From NCBI RefSeq assembly GCF_009914755.1, contig NC_060926.1: a stretch of DNA of 64,000 nt. The stretch is one strand, 5' to 3'. A model generated the notes under the pieces. It ran no database searches and was not told the origin of the DNA. It saw only the letters and a program-made list of their open reading frames with translations. This document shows positions 38,448 to 51,413 of this stretch, in pieces (position 1 is the stretch's first letter; each line of letters opens with the position of its first letter). A program made the position numbers and the translations under genes. This stretch comes from the human T2T-CHM13v2.0 reference genome, Homo sapiens.

Positions 38448-38610
38448 TCAGGTTTTCAATTCCGAGCCTGTGTTTTGCTAACCAAATGACTCTGGGCAAG
38501 TTTAATAACTTAAACCTTGGTTGTCTCATTTGTAATATTGAGCAGTACCAGTACCTAACCATAAAGATGTAGAATTAAATGAGATAGTACATATAAATCA
38601 CTTTGTACAA
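38448..38610 (+). mobile_element. MIR, interrupted by the MST pair (5' stub at ~37620-37642)
   Basis: ctgggcaagttta...ctcatttgtaa...gtacctaac...attaaatgagata. Confidence 0.65.
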
Positions 38611-39764
38611 GTTATTGTAATGATGTAGTGCTGTGTTGTGTACTTTAGCTGCTCGGTAATTATTTTTGAGATTTCCAGCTCATATCCATGGAGCATGATT
38701 GGTGATATGGTAGTTGTTAATGCCTAACAGACTGATGATGGCATAGGAAAGAAGTATACACCCAAAATTACAAACTTATCCACATCTTTCCAGTGCTCTA
38801 TATTTCCTCCTTCTTTATACTTGAACTTTCTAAGCATTCCCAAATCTTACCTTCTCTTTCCGTTCTAATTCCATAATTTATTTGCTTTATTTGTGCCATT
38901 AGAGTATTGAGGAAATGGTGTAATGAGCTATTGCTTAATGCTGCATAGGCCTGTCCTAAGAGACATGCTAATGTATCAGTACTAAAAATGTTTGAAATAC
39001 TAATTTTCCTCCTAATGAGCCTAAACATTTTATTATAGTTATACCTTAATACCAAGTTGCAGGTCATTACCTTCACATATTGAAGGCAGCTGATGTTTCC
39101 CGGACTTAATGTCTCTGCCATTTGCTTGATGACCCCTCTTACTTGCCCATTTTGCATAGCAGAATTTTAGAAAATAAAAATTAGATCACTTGACAGGTAC
39201 TGTGTGTGATGTTTTGATTTCATTATTTCTTTATTCAAAAATATTTTTCTGATGATAAAAATTAATGTATGATAATTTCATGAAATCTAACTTTTTAAAT
39301 TGAAAAGAACAAATAAAATTAATGTGCATTGGCTTACTACCTGAAGATAACCATTTCTGATTTATTTTCAATATATGCTTTGTGTATACATACAACATAG
39401 ACAATTTTGCATGCTGCTATTTTCATTGAACTACATATTTTTTCGTCATTAATAATCTTCGGCAATGCCATTATAATAGTTTAGTTATATATTTATATAT
39501 GTTATCTAATGACATATATATTTGGAAATGCCAAAATATAGTTTAGCTATATAATTATACATGTTATAGTTTTATATATTTGTGTATATATGTATGTGTT
39601 ATCTATTGATGATTTTTTAGGTTTCTACAGTTTTAGCTTGTAAATAATAGTGTGAGGAACATCTATGTGACAAATTTGTATCTTATTGACTATTTAATGT
39701 ATCCTGATGGGGAAATATTTTCTATATTTTTAAACTTTTGTGATATACTCTAGTAGTTTTGAGA

Positions 39765-39915
39765 AAATAAAATGTAATACAGTGGATAAAATCTTGGACT
39801 CTGCAGTTAACCATACATGGGCTTGAATCCACACTCCAAATCATTCTAACTAGGTAATTTTAGGGAAGTGACTTTATCTCTTTAAGCATTATTTTCCTCA
39901 TTTGTAAAATACAAT
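39765..39915 (+). mobile_element. MIR
   Basis: cagtggataaaa..ggactctgcag...ttgaatcc...ttcctcatttgtaaaat. Confidence 0.7.
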
Positions 39916-40149
39916 TGTTGCACATAAAAAATAATCCTATAAATATTGAGCATATGTCATGGCAAAAAACTGTTAATTTTAGTTGTCAATTACTACATCC
40001 ACCAGTAATACAAATCTGATTGTATTGCAGTTTTATCAACATCAATGCTGTCATTAAAAATCTATTCTAATTTGATAGAAAAAAAGGACATGTTAATTAA
40101 AAAACCCCAAATCAAACTAATTTAAGCAAAATTAGGGTGTTCATTGGCT

Positions 40150-40717
40150 CTATAGAGGAGGGAAAGATCACTCCCACTGCCTTTTTATTCTTTTCTGGGC
40201 TCTTTGGCTGGTCCAGGAACTGAACTGATATAACAGATGAACAGGAGAAAAGCACACAAGTTTTATTAATTTTACATTTACATGAGGATTTTCATCAGAG
40301 AGCAAAGTCCAAAGGAATGGCCAAAGGAAAATGCTTTTATATTTTTTAGACAAAAAATATAAATTTGTAAAGAAATTACACAACAAGGGGACCTGGCTAG
40401 GGTAGTAAGTTCTAGGGGAGATACTGGGAGATACATGAGAGGTGGAAAGCTAGTGGAAGATAAGGGTTATTTGGGGGAGATTATTTATTCAGGCCTATTT
40501 CAAGGCTAAGTCCCAGTATCTGGTGATAAGAATTCTTCTCACGCCCTGGTACTGGGAAAGCACCCCTTGCAAAAGAATATTTAAAGCCTGCTGCATGCAA
40601 GAAAAGACAATTCAGCCATTCTTTTTCTGAAACTATAATTTCTCCAATGTTTTTATCTCAAAATAGTCAATATACCAATTTGGCGTATTTGAGGACCATA
40701 CATCCTTTACTTCTTCA
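40150..40717 (-). mobile_element. MER34-group ERV1 solo LTR
   Basis: acagatgaacaggagaaaagcacacaagttttatt...ctcaaaatagtcaatatacca...ggcgtatttg..ttca. Confidence 0.7.
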
Positions 40718-41821
40718 GCTCACAAACCTAGACTTCAGACCGAGCAGTTGGCAACTGGCATTTAGATTTAGCAGGAACCAAAACTCAAATACCACCTGAC
40801 TTCCTGAATGGTCTTACTCTTATTAGTTTCTTTATTGTACTAGACCTGAGCATCAGAAGGAAGATTACACATGTATATGCATATTACACATTTTCTGAAA
40901 CCTTTTATTCAGAGAGGAAATAGCTTATCTCTCTCACATTAGTTTGGAAAATACAGGGAGGTAATCTTATTGCTCCTACCTGAGCCAGATTCCTACCCCT
41001 TAAATAATGACTCCATCCAGGGAGATGAATTTCTATGAGGACACCAGCTACAGTGTAGGAAATGAGAGGCAGTTCTTCAAAAAAAGTGAGATAGCAAACC
41101 TATGACTGCTAGAGTGATCTTGGGCTGGGTAACCAAGCTAAGTGGATCTACTCCAAATAAAACACTGTTTGAATTTATTTCACTCAACTATAGTCCTAGG
41201 GTCAGTGAAAAGGTTTTCAGGTGTTTAATCATTCTTTCTTCTGTCTAGGTCTCATTTCAAGAGCAATATTTGTATTGTCTTAGTGGTTTTCCTCTTTATT
41301 TCTTGTATTGCTTTTTGTTATATTTAAGACAATTTTTTCAAAGTTTATTGCCAGTTGACTTTTAAATTTATTTTGTTCTGGAAATGCCATTTTGCTGAAG
41401 AATTAACAATGAACATTAAGTCCTTCAGAGCATTTGGTGTGGTTTCTTTAATCTCTACCATATTTTTAATTATCCCCTTTTCCCTGTTGTTGCTTAATTA
41501 TGACTTTTTTCTTTGTGATTATTTTTGTCTGTTTTTGACAAACCTTTCAATTTGTCTGTCTACACTTTTCAAAGAGCGGCTTTTGATTTTGTTGATGTTA
41601 TCTCTTATTATTTTAATAACTTTAATTTTGCTTCTCATTCATCATATATTAATTATTTCTACCTTTTCTATTCTGTAGAAAAGAGCGTCTTCAATTTAAT
41701 TCTAATATATTTATTTTAAATTTCGCTTTAAAAAATGCATCTGAAATTACAAATTTTTATTAATAATGGCTTCAGCTTCCTTCAACAAATATAATATGAA
41801 TTCCTTCATTTGGATTAATTC

Positions 41822-42386
41822 TGAGCACTGAACTCTGAGCTTTTCTTCCTGCTCAAATTCCTTTCTAATGGCCTGGGTAAAGTCAAGCCTACACGCCTTA
41901 ACATCTTGTTAAATAGGGCTTTTTTGAGGCCTGTTTGAAGCCCAGTATACTGTGGCTTACTTTCCAACCTGACTCTAGCATAGCGTCACATGACAGATAA
42001 CAGACCCTTTATCTTAACCTAAGCATTTGTTTTTACTGAGTCCAACTATTTAGACAAAGCTTAACTCTTTCAACCAATTGCTAACTAAAAAATCCCAAAA
42101 CCCACCTATGACTTATAAGGCTCTACTTGAAGATGTCCTGCCATCTTGGGCCAAACCAATATGTATCTCCCATGTACTGGTTTATTATATTACCTGAAAT
42201 TCCTGTCTCCCTGAAATGTATAAAACCAAACTGTAACCTGATCGCCTCAGGCACACTTTTACAAGATTTCTGAGACTGTATTTCCCCAGCATGTGGTTAC
42301 TCTCATGGGCTCAGAATAAATCTCTTTAAATATTTTGGCAGAGTTTCCTTTTTCTCTCTCTTTTTTTTTTGTTTTGTTTGTCACCA
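41822..42386 (+). mobile_element. MER4-group ERV1 solo LTR
   Basis: TG start, ttactttccaacctgactct, tgtataaaaccaaactgtaacc (TATA), ggctcagaataaatctctt (polyA), CA end, TSD attc/gttc. Confidence 0.75.
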
Positions 42387-43337
42387 GTTCCAAACTTGTA
42401 ATTTATTTTGTGTTTTTTTCTTTTAGCTTCCAAACTTTTTTTTAAACCTTTGGTGTAATTTTTAGTTTCTAATTTAATTGCATCATCGTCATAAAATGTG
42501 GCCTTTATAACACTTCTTTGTCATTTCTTGAAACTTATTTTGTGGCTTATCACATACTTCACATATATTTGATGATACTATATATTTGGCAAATACTGTT
42601 TTCCATTTTAGATCAAGCTTTATTTTTTGAAGGGGTGGTAAAATGTTGTATATCTTTCCTTTTTTGCATTATCTATCATTCTGATGGACTTGTATTACAA
42701 TCTTCCCCATTATTTGGGAAAATAATTTATTTTTATACTCATGATAACTTTTAAAATATTTTAAAACGTCATTTGTCTTTACATATAAATTTATTAGTTA
42801 TACCTTGTGGCTAGAGTATTCCCTTTATTATTCTTTAGTAATAGACTCTAGTAATTTCTTTTCTGTAATTATTTTTTTCTGACACTGATACTATTCTACA
42901 AGCTTCTTAGGAATTAGCATTTAATGATTTTATTCCTTTATTTTCACTCTTGAATATTTTGGGAATTTTGTTATTGTTTCTGCTTGTTTTTAATGTTTCT
43001 CTTGTAAATTGCACATAGTTGTATTCTTTATTATTTAAACTATTTTAGTTGTTTCTTACTTTTAATTGTTAAGTATATCCCATTGGTGGGGGGGGGGTGG
43101 GGGGTGGGGGGATGTGACAGAGAGAGAGATATATATTTCTGTATTGGTATTGCCATAACAATAACTTGTATTTTCTGCTAATCTTGTTTTATTTGCTTCT
43201 TTTTAACTTATTTCCTGAATTTTGCTTAAGATAAGATTTAGATTAGGTTAGGGTTAGAATTAGAGTTAGGGTTTGGATTCAGCATTTTGTCTTTGATTTT
43301 AACTAAATCAACTTTGATTAAAAATTACTGAATTTTT

Positions 43338-43632
43338 GCCTGGGCACGGTGGCTCATGCCCGTAATCCCAGCACTTTGGGAGGCCAAGGTAGGTGGATCA
43401 CAAGGCCAGGAGATCAAGACCATCCTTGCCAACATGGTGAAACTCCGTCTCTACTAAAAATACAAAAATTAGCCAGGCACGGTGGCATGTGCCTGTAATC
43501 CCAGCTACTCAGGAGGCTGAGGCAGGAGAATCACCTGAACCCAGGAGGCAGAGGTTGCAATGAGCCCAGATCAGGCCACTGCACTCCAGCCCGGGTGACA
43601 GAGTGAGACTCGGCCTCAAAAAAAAAAAACCA
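43338..43632 (+). mobile_element. AluSc-like
   Basis: gatcacaagg..caggagatcaagaccatcct; TSD aaaaattactga(a)ttttt. Confidence 0.9.
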
Positions 43633-45229
43633 AAAAAATTACTGATTTTTTAAATATTTGTGCTCACCATTATATATTTTGACCAATGCTATACTTAGGA
43701 TTTTACTTTTTCATGGTGAAATACAAACATTAATACTTCTTTCCATAAGATATTTAAACATTTGTATTCATTAAATGAAAATGCATTCAATCCAAAGTGA
43801 TATTTAACTAAAGCATAGAATTTTAGGTTGAGGTTTTTTCCCCCGGTACAATGAGGACATTATCCCACTGGTTCTAATATCTACTTAAAAAATTAATTGA
43901 AATGTCTTTAAAATATTTTAAATAGGTAATCTGTCATTTTTCACTTGTAGGTAAATATCTCTTCGTCCATAATATCCCACATTTTTCATTACACTCTGTT
44001 TAGGTGCAGTTTTATTTTTATGCATTATACTCAATATTTGGAGCGCAATTTTAGTCTTGATATTATATTTTTCTTCAATTCTGGCAAAGTTTCAGCCATT
44101 ACACCTTTGGATACTGCTGTTCTGACTGTCTTTACATTATCTTCTTTTGGAATGCTTATAAAACATATATTGGAATATGTAACTCCACCCCCACCCTCAA
44201 GTCTCTTAATGGTTTACATGCTTTTATCTTTCAATCTCTGTGTCTACAATCTAGCTAAATTTTCCAGATTGTGATATTCCAATCCACTCACTTTCTTTTC
44301 AACTTTGTCTAGAATAGAGTACATCCTATCTATAGAGCCCTATTTCTTCAATGACTAACATTTTAATTCTCTTGGATTTCTCAAGTCATTTTAGATTGTG
44401 TTTGTTTCATTTCTTTTTTATTTAATGAGTAATAGCTCTTTATTCAAATCTTTGAGACTCACACTTTCAAATCTTTGAGACTCACACTTTAAAATCTTTT
44501 TCAGTCTTTCATAATTTTAATCTATACAGATCACTTTTATCTTCCAATTATTGACTATATTAGCTTTAGATCTCCTTGCATGTTATGGAAAATTTTTGGT
44601 AGCTTCTTTTGAGTAAGTAAAAGGTCTGATCATCTCTTTTAACTCCCTTTATTTCTTTTCCTCTTTCTTTGTGCTTACCCTTCCATAACTTTCAGTATTG
44701 TAACTATCTCCTTTGCCCCAGGTCTCCCAGGCCCCTAGTTCCAGGGTGACCTAGGATAGGCTTTACGTTTAATGTAGATGAAATCTGCCCTCTGGTTTTG
44801 AAACCACAGATCCAGTCACTGAGTGTGCTACTTGGTAAAGGTCCAGGTGGCAAGACTGTGTGTTAACTCCAGAGTCCTTAAATGTATAGATTAACAAAAA
44901 TTGTAGCTTCAAACAACATTAGCCGGCAACTTTTGTCAGCTTCATTTTGTCAGGAAATCTTACCCCAGCCATGGTTTTAGCAGTAAGTTGATGTTTATCT
45001 TCCATCTGACACAAAGCTCTTTTAGTCTCTTTATTATTCCACACAAGCTGAATGACCAGTCTGCTTCCAAACCCAAAACCCAGAGCCTATGTTTTCATCC
45101 CTATTCTCTATTTTGTGTTTCTGTTCTGTTTTTACTTAGTGCATAGTATGCCTGTCATCCTGTCCTCAAACTCTTCAAGGCCTCATACTTTTAAAAATCG
45201 TTTTTTAGCCTCACTCTGTCTTTGAGACA

Positions 45230-45495
45230 TGGTACAGCTTAGTGACTCTAAAGCCACATGGCCTTAAATCCTGGCCATTTCTTTTTTAACTGTGTGAACT
45301 GTAGGCAACTTAATTAAGCTTTCTGTGGCTCAATTTCCTCATTCATAAAATGGAGGTGATCACCTATTCCATCATAGTTTTGGGTTTTTTTTTTTTTTTT
45401 TTTTTTGGTTTCCTGATATATGTATATATCTGTATACAAATGCTTGGAACCCTGAGTGACACATAGTAATTACCCAATTAGTGTTAGCTATTACT
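45230..45495 (+). mobile_element. MIR with internal poly-T
   Basis: ctcaatttcctcattcataaaatgg core; T run at ~45385-45406. Confidence 0.75.
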
Positions 45496-46026
45496 AGTTT
45501 TTAATTGTCTCATTTCATAGGTATTTTTTAAGACCATCTTGACCAGGGTCCTTCCATAAATTATTTAATTCTTCTAGAATATATTTAGTTTTATATTATG
45601 AGGTAGAATCACAGTTTGACTCATCATATAGTTGTGAGAGTCAGCTGTGACATTATTTACAGGTATGTTATAAGTGATAAAGAATTATGCAAATGTACGA
45701 TTTTGTGTCTTATGATCACAAAAACATTTTTTTCTGAGTTTTAGCTCATTTAAATTTCTATATTTGTGAAAAAATTCTTTTAAATTACATACAATCAACA
45801 TTGATTACTTTCTACTTTCTTTATATTTATTCATTCAATTAGTGATTTAAAATCAAATACCTAACATGTAGCAGGAACTGTGCTGGGTGCTAGAGATTCA
45901 GTGTTACAGAAAGAGCTCCAGACCTAAATGGAAACTTCTTTGAGAGCTTTCCATGCAAACACATTTAGTACCTTCCCATTCTCAGTTTCAGTACTTGTAC
46001 CAGTGACATATTTTAAAGTCTCATGA

Positions 46027-46335
46027 GACTGGGCACAGTAGCTCATGCTTATAATCCCAGCACTTCGGCAGGTCAAGGTGGGAGGATCACATGAGGCCAC
46101 AGGTTTGAGACCAGCCTGAGCAACATAGCAAGACCCTGTCTATAAAAAAAATTTAAAAATTAGCTGGGGGTGTTGACAAACACCTGTAGTTTCAACTACT
46201 TGGGAGGCTGACGTGGAAAGATCACCTGAGCCCAGGAGTTTGAGATTACAATATTGAACTGCAGTCCACCCTGGGCAACAGAACAAGATCCTATCTCAAA
46301 AATAAGATTTAAAAGTAAAGTAAAATAAAATGAAT
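46027..46335 (+). mobile_element. AluJ
   Basis: gagcaacatagcaagaccctgtc, gagcccaggagtttgag; TSD aaag(t)ctcatga. Confidence 0.88.
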
Positions 46336-48866
46336 TAAAAGCTCATGAAATAAATAGTAATATGTTTGGCAATGATATTTGAATAATATATAACTGTTAT
46401 CTTTGAGGAGTTTAATTATTTGTAGTTATTCACATTTAAAGTATTAAAGGATTATAAAAATACACAAAAGCTTTAATAAATGACGTAACTCCCCATTTAA
46501 TCATTGTACATGTGTATTATATACTTTAATGTAACCACAGTTTGGCATAAATTTTTCCGTGTTTTACATTGGTTCTATAATTGTTTTAATGGCTTTATAA
46601 TTATTTATCTAAGATATTCATATAGTCATTCTACAATTATCTATTGAACATGAACTATATTTTATTCTAGGTCACTAGAATGTACTGCTAAACAAACAAA
46701 ACAAAGTTCCTTCACTTAGTGTTTACAACATTCTCATATATACATAGTTGATGTAAAATCATTCATTTAATTTTTCTAGTATGCAGTATAACTCTTTGAC
46801 AACAGAATATTATATATATTCTATTGTTCAGCCTTCAGGAATCACTGAAGAAAGGAAACAATGTCCTGGGCCTAAAATGCTTTTATTGTTCAGTAAATTG
46901 ACTTTCCAAAAGAAAAAGGTATTTATATATATAACATACGTGTATATGAAACCCAGCAAGTTGAACCAAGAAACTACTTAGCTGACTCATCAGGTTGAAG
47001 GTTCAAACTACAATCAAATTGGACCTGAGTCTTCCAAAATAGGTTAATATCCTATTTCTTTTAGAGATGCAATATAAAGACATAGGGACTTTCATAGAAA
47101 AAATTATGTTACTATATAATATTTCTTAACCTGAGCACTAGCCCCGTAATCCTAAAAGTTAGGATAATGCCCAAGTTTGAAATATTTGTTTTAAAAAATT
47201 ATACAATGCCATAAGATATGTTTATATTAAGGAATACTATTGGTTTATAAAATAGTATTTTAATTATTTATTTAAATTATTAATGACCTCATTAACATTC
47301 CAGTTTTCTCCTTTTCTTTCTTAGTTTTACCATATATAAATACGTTTGGAACCTCTGTGCAGAGAGATAGTAGTTCAGTCTGCTTGTCTCTCTGCATCTG
47401 TTGATAACAAGTTTACATAACAGTTGCCTCAAGCAGTTTTCTGAACCCACCACAGCCCAAGGTTTACTTCTTCCATATTAGATTATTATTGCAAATTTCA
47501 CTTGTTTCCATTTTGTATTTATAAATAATGCTACATTGGTTTTTTCATAATACATTTTTCTTTAATTTATAATAAAGTTCAGAAGTAATAGTAAAAGTTT
47601 CAGAAGTTTGGACATTTTTGTGATACTTGATACCTATTGCTAAATTTTTCTCTTATAAATTCTCAGCAGCCTAGATGAAGCTAGATTGATCTTATGTTAT
47701 TCTACTCTCTAATTTATTATTAACTTCATGTGTATATGGTTTTCTCATTATAGGATCTTTAATTTGGTGGTGGGAGGCTTAACAGAGGCAATCAGGAGTG
47801 GTGACTATTCATTTTCATCTCAGCTGTACCCTTTGTCCACTTGGCTAAATTCTACTGGCATAATTAAATTCATTTGAGTCTTATGACCACAAAGCATTTT
47901 TTTGGGCTTCGGCTCAGTTAATATTTCTAAATTTTTGAAACAAATTATTTTAAATCACATAGAGTGAACGTTGATTACTCTTCATTCCCTTTGTATTCAT
48001 TCATTCATTCAATTGTTTATTCAAAGACCAAATGTCTAACACGTAGTAAGAACTATACTGGATGCTGGAGATGCAGTGTTACAAAAACAATCATAGCTCT
48101 CAATCTGAGCTTTCTGCACATCCACCTTCAGTAGCTTCCCATCCTCAGGATCAGTACTACTACCAATGATAACCAGAATTGCATTTTAGAGATTTCCAAA
48201 CCTCTTGAGTCTTGACTTTCATTAAGATTGTCATGAAATCTCACCTATCTTTAAAAACATTTTCTTTGAAATATTTCTTAATTTACGTTAAATGCCTTAA
48301 ACTATAGCTTGACTGTCATAAATTGTAGGTAAAATGACTTTTCCCTAGGTTGTCAACTAATCTCCTTCCCACATCTCTCCATCTCCACATCCCTCAAAAC
48401 TCAAACTACACAGTTTGGATTAACAACATTCTAGTTTATTCTGTCTCGAGGAAGGAGATTGGCAGATGGCCCTCCAATTTTCCTGAAATGGGAGAAAGAA
48501 GAAGGATACAGGGCATTAGAATATTCTAAGTATTGATTCTGGATTCTCTGCCTCTTCCATTGCTTTCTGTCTTGTAAGTGATTCAGACCTATCAGGGTTG
48601 GAATTAATATTCACCTGCAAGACTGCTTTGGAAGGACTTGGACCAAAATAAAACTTTTAGGTAACCTTTGTGGAAGCATTACTCATCTATCAGCTTAACA
48701 AATACTTGGTTGAGCTCTGCTATGCTCCAAACACTGTAATAGACACTGCATCTGCCTCACTAGCTAACTGGATATATAGTTAAGCTGTTCTTCCGTTACC
48801 AAGTATCTTTCAGTTCTCAAATCTAAATGCAAACTTATTTCTATTACTTAAAATATTACCATATTT

Positions 48867-49165
48867 GGCTGGGCGCAGTGGCTCATACCTGTAATCCCAG
48901 CACTTTGGGAGGCCAAGGTGGGCAGATCATGAGGTCAGGAGATCAAGACCATCCTGGCTAACACAGTGAAACCCCGTCTCTACTAAAAATACAAAAAATT
49001 AGCTGGGTGTGGTGGCAGGCATCTGTGTAGTCCCAGCTACTCAGGAGGCTGAGGCAGGAGAATGGCGTTAACCCGGGAGACGGACATTGCAGTGAGCCAA
49101 GATTGTGCCATTGCACTCCAGCTTGGGTGACAGAGCGAGACTCCATCTCAAAAAAAAAAAAAAAA
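48867..49165 (+). mobile_element. AluY-like
   Basis: ccatcctggctaacac and gagaatggcgt.aacccggga diagnostics, poly(A). Confidence 0.9.
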
Positions 49166-51164
49166 TTTCATATTCATTTTACCATAATGCATACTTTGTC
49201 ATGGCTTTTAAGTTTCTAAGGCAATGGAAAAAGTCTAGCTAAAGGATGTTAGTTATTCAAAATTGCTTGAAGTTGCTATGTACTAGTTTATTAATGAAGC
49301 ATTTAGCACAGTACCTGGCTCATTAAAAGCATTTCATAAATATTGACTCACTTTCATATTATCAAACTATTGCACTTGATCATTTGACAGCAATAGAAGT
49401 TTCAAGTATTAAATGTAAAAATATTAAAACTATTTACCTACTCATTTTCACACAATAACAATGATGAAACTATTTTTTATTTTAAGTATACTTCCTCAAA
49501 TTTTAATATTCAATAGGATAAAGTATACTTCAAGATTTTCTTTAATCCATAGACTCCAGACAATGAAAGAACATCAAGTCCATCCACCTGCCTGTGGCAA
49601 GAGGTGCATCCAGATTAAATTCCGATAAAAACTTACCTACTCTGTTCCCAAAATTGAAAAAAATTTCCATTCTGTGACTTCTCTCAGATCATTGAAAGCC
49701 CTTATATTTGGAAAGAATTCTTTCTAATTTCTAACATTAATATTCCTTGCCGATACTGAGAACTGTTCTTTCCTTTTCTGAAATGAAATTCACTGATTCC
49801 TCACAATTCTTATAATACATGTTTACATATTTGAGGGCATTCCAAGTTCTCCATGTTCCTTTTAAGTCATAAAAAAGATTAAGCATCTCATTTATTAGAT
49901 TGGGGACAAGGCTGTTGTATTACTGTGCCAGTGACAACAGTTATAGAATTTTAAAACTAATTGCATTCATTGCATTACTGGTGTGTTTAGAGAAAAACAA
50001 TGAGTCCACTTGAACTGTAATACAGGATGTACTATTTTTACAGAAAGAATAGAAATCAAGGAGTAAGTGAGAAAATATGTGAGCTAGTTCAAAATGATAA
50101 GGAAAATTATAGGATAATTAAGGTATTAACATTAACATTTTAAATAACGTAGGGAGAAAATGAGAGGATAGTTTTTAAGTTGACATTAAAAAATTTGAAC
50201 TGCAGCTGAAAGGGAAACTGTACATCAAATGGGAAACAGTATATTGATGTTTTATAAACATAATTGATGATTTTAATGTGGCCAATACTCATTCAATTTG
50301 TGAGTGGACAAAGAAATTAAATGACCAGAATGATGAGAATGAGTGAAGACTATGAGTTGCTGGGGAGCAGAAACCCCTCTTATTCACCAGCATATCTCCA
50401 ATTTCTGTCACAAAGTAGATGCTCAATAAACATTTCCTGAGAGACCAGCAGGAGGCGTGTAGACAGACCCTGGGCTCCAAACTGAACTGATGAGCCTGGG
50501 CCACTGCTACTATGCTGCAAAACTATCTCTCCCCACCTTCCATTGCCATGTCACTTGAATCCATTCACCCTTCCTTCTGTTTTCCTTCCCTTTTATCCAA
50601 TTACCTTCTTCCTTGTTCCACTACATGTTACCAAAGCAAGCCCAACTATGTTTTCTGAGAATTTTGACTAACAGACTACAATAGGCACCATTTCATTGCC
50701 ATCAACTTCACCTGGTCCCTGTCATTCTACCTGCTATGCGATATTCTTCTCTCACTGTGTCCATTTTACTTCCTACCTCTTTTTGTTTTTTCTCTATTTG
50801 AGGTATAAATTATCAATGCTAACTGTGAGCATAAAAGCTGAGATATGCATGTGGTATAATTTTCCCACATTCACAGTTTTTATGTGTCACATATATCATA
50901 TGCATTATATGATATATGTATATATATGCAAATTATGAGTGTACATGTTTTTGTTTTGTTACATCTTCTGATGTAGTTAAAATGAAAATGCTTGTCTGAA
51001 ACGTTAACTCCAAAAATTTAGTGTAGGATTTTATATATTAAGAATATCATTTTAATAATTTTATGTCCAAAATAAAGTTATTAACAACTATTTCTTAGTT
51101 TAGAGGAATGTAATCTTATGGCTGTAATAAAACTGTAACACTTACCTTTTGTCTATAGGTTACT

Positions 51165-51206
51165 ATATGTATTTGTATATATGTAGTGTGTGTGTGTATA
51201 TATATA

Positions 51207-51244
<38 letters not shown>

Positions 51245-51256
51245 CATACATACACA
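51165..51256 (+). repeat. Compound (TG)n(TA)n microsatellite ending ~30 nt upstream of the exon acceptor
   Basis: Two TG blocks alternating with two TA blocks, then tacatacatacac. Confidence 0.95.
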
Positions 51257-51286
51257 TTTTATTTTTGTTTATCTTATATTTTGAAG

Positions 51287-51413
51287 GGTCACATGATAGC
51301 ATCCTGTGATGCCTGTGGGGTTACAAAGCTGTGGGACTTTCGGAAGCTGTTACCAATTGTGTCCATCGATATAGGTCCAAGTCCTGGCAATGAGGTGAAT
51401 TTTGATTCATCAG
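51287..51413 (+). CDS. SPAG16: SPAG16 internal coding exon (127 nt, phase 0-1; probably exon 15), GHMIASCDACGVTKLWDFRKLLPIVSIDIGPSPGNEVNFDSS-G
   Basis: Acceptor ttttgaAG (51285-51286), donor GTagga at 51414. Contains the WD40 signature IAS..D..TKLWD. Continues the frame of the 10363 exon (..IFDPR|GHMIAS..). Visible inside ORF-track entry 51149..51433. Confidence 0.95.

Larger units (their letters stand above)
41250..45150 (-). mobile_element. Long, highly decayed L1ME-type remnant interrupted by an LTR and an Alu
   Basis: Sustained T-rich reverse-L1 text (ttttcaaagagcggcttttg, tttagtttctaatttaattgca, tatagaattttaggttg, ttcttcaattctggcaaagtttcagccatt). Confidence 0.55.

Noticed and set aside
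41355-41678. Hydrophobic 107-aa ORF resembling a membrane protein
   Set aside because: Artefact of T-rich antisense L1ME sequence giving F/L/I codons.
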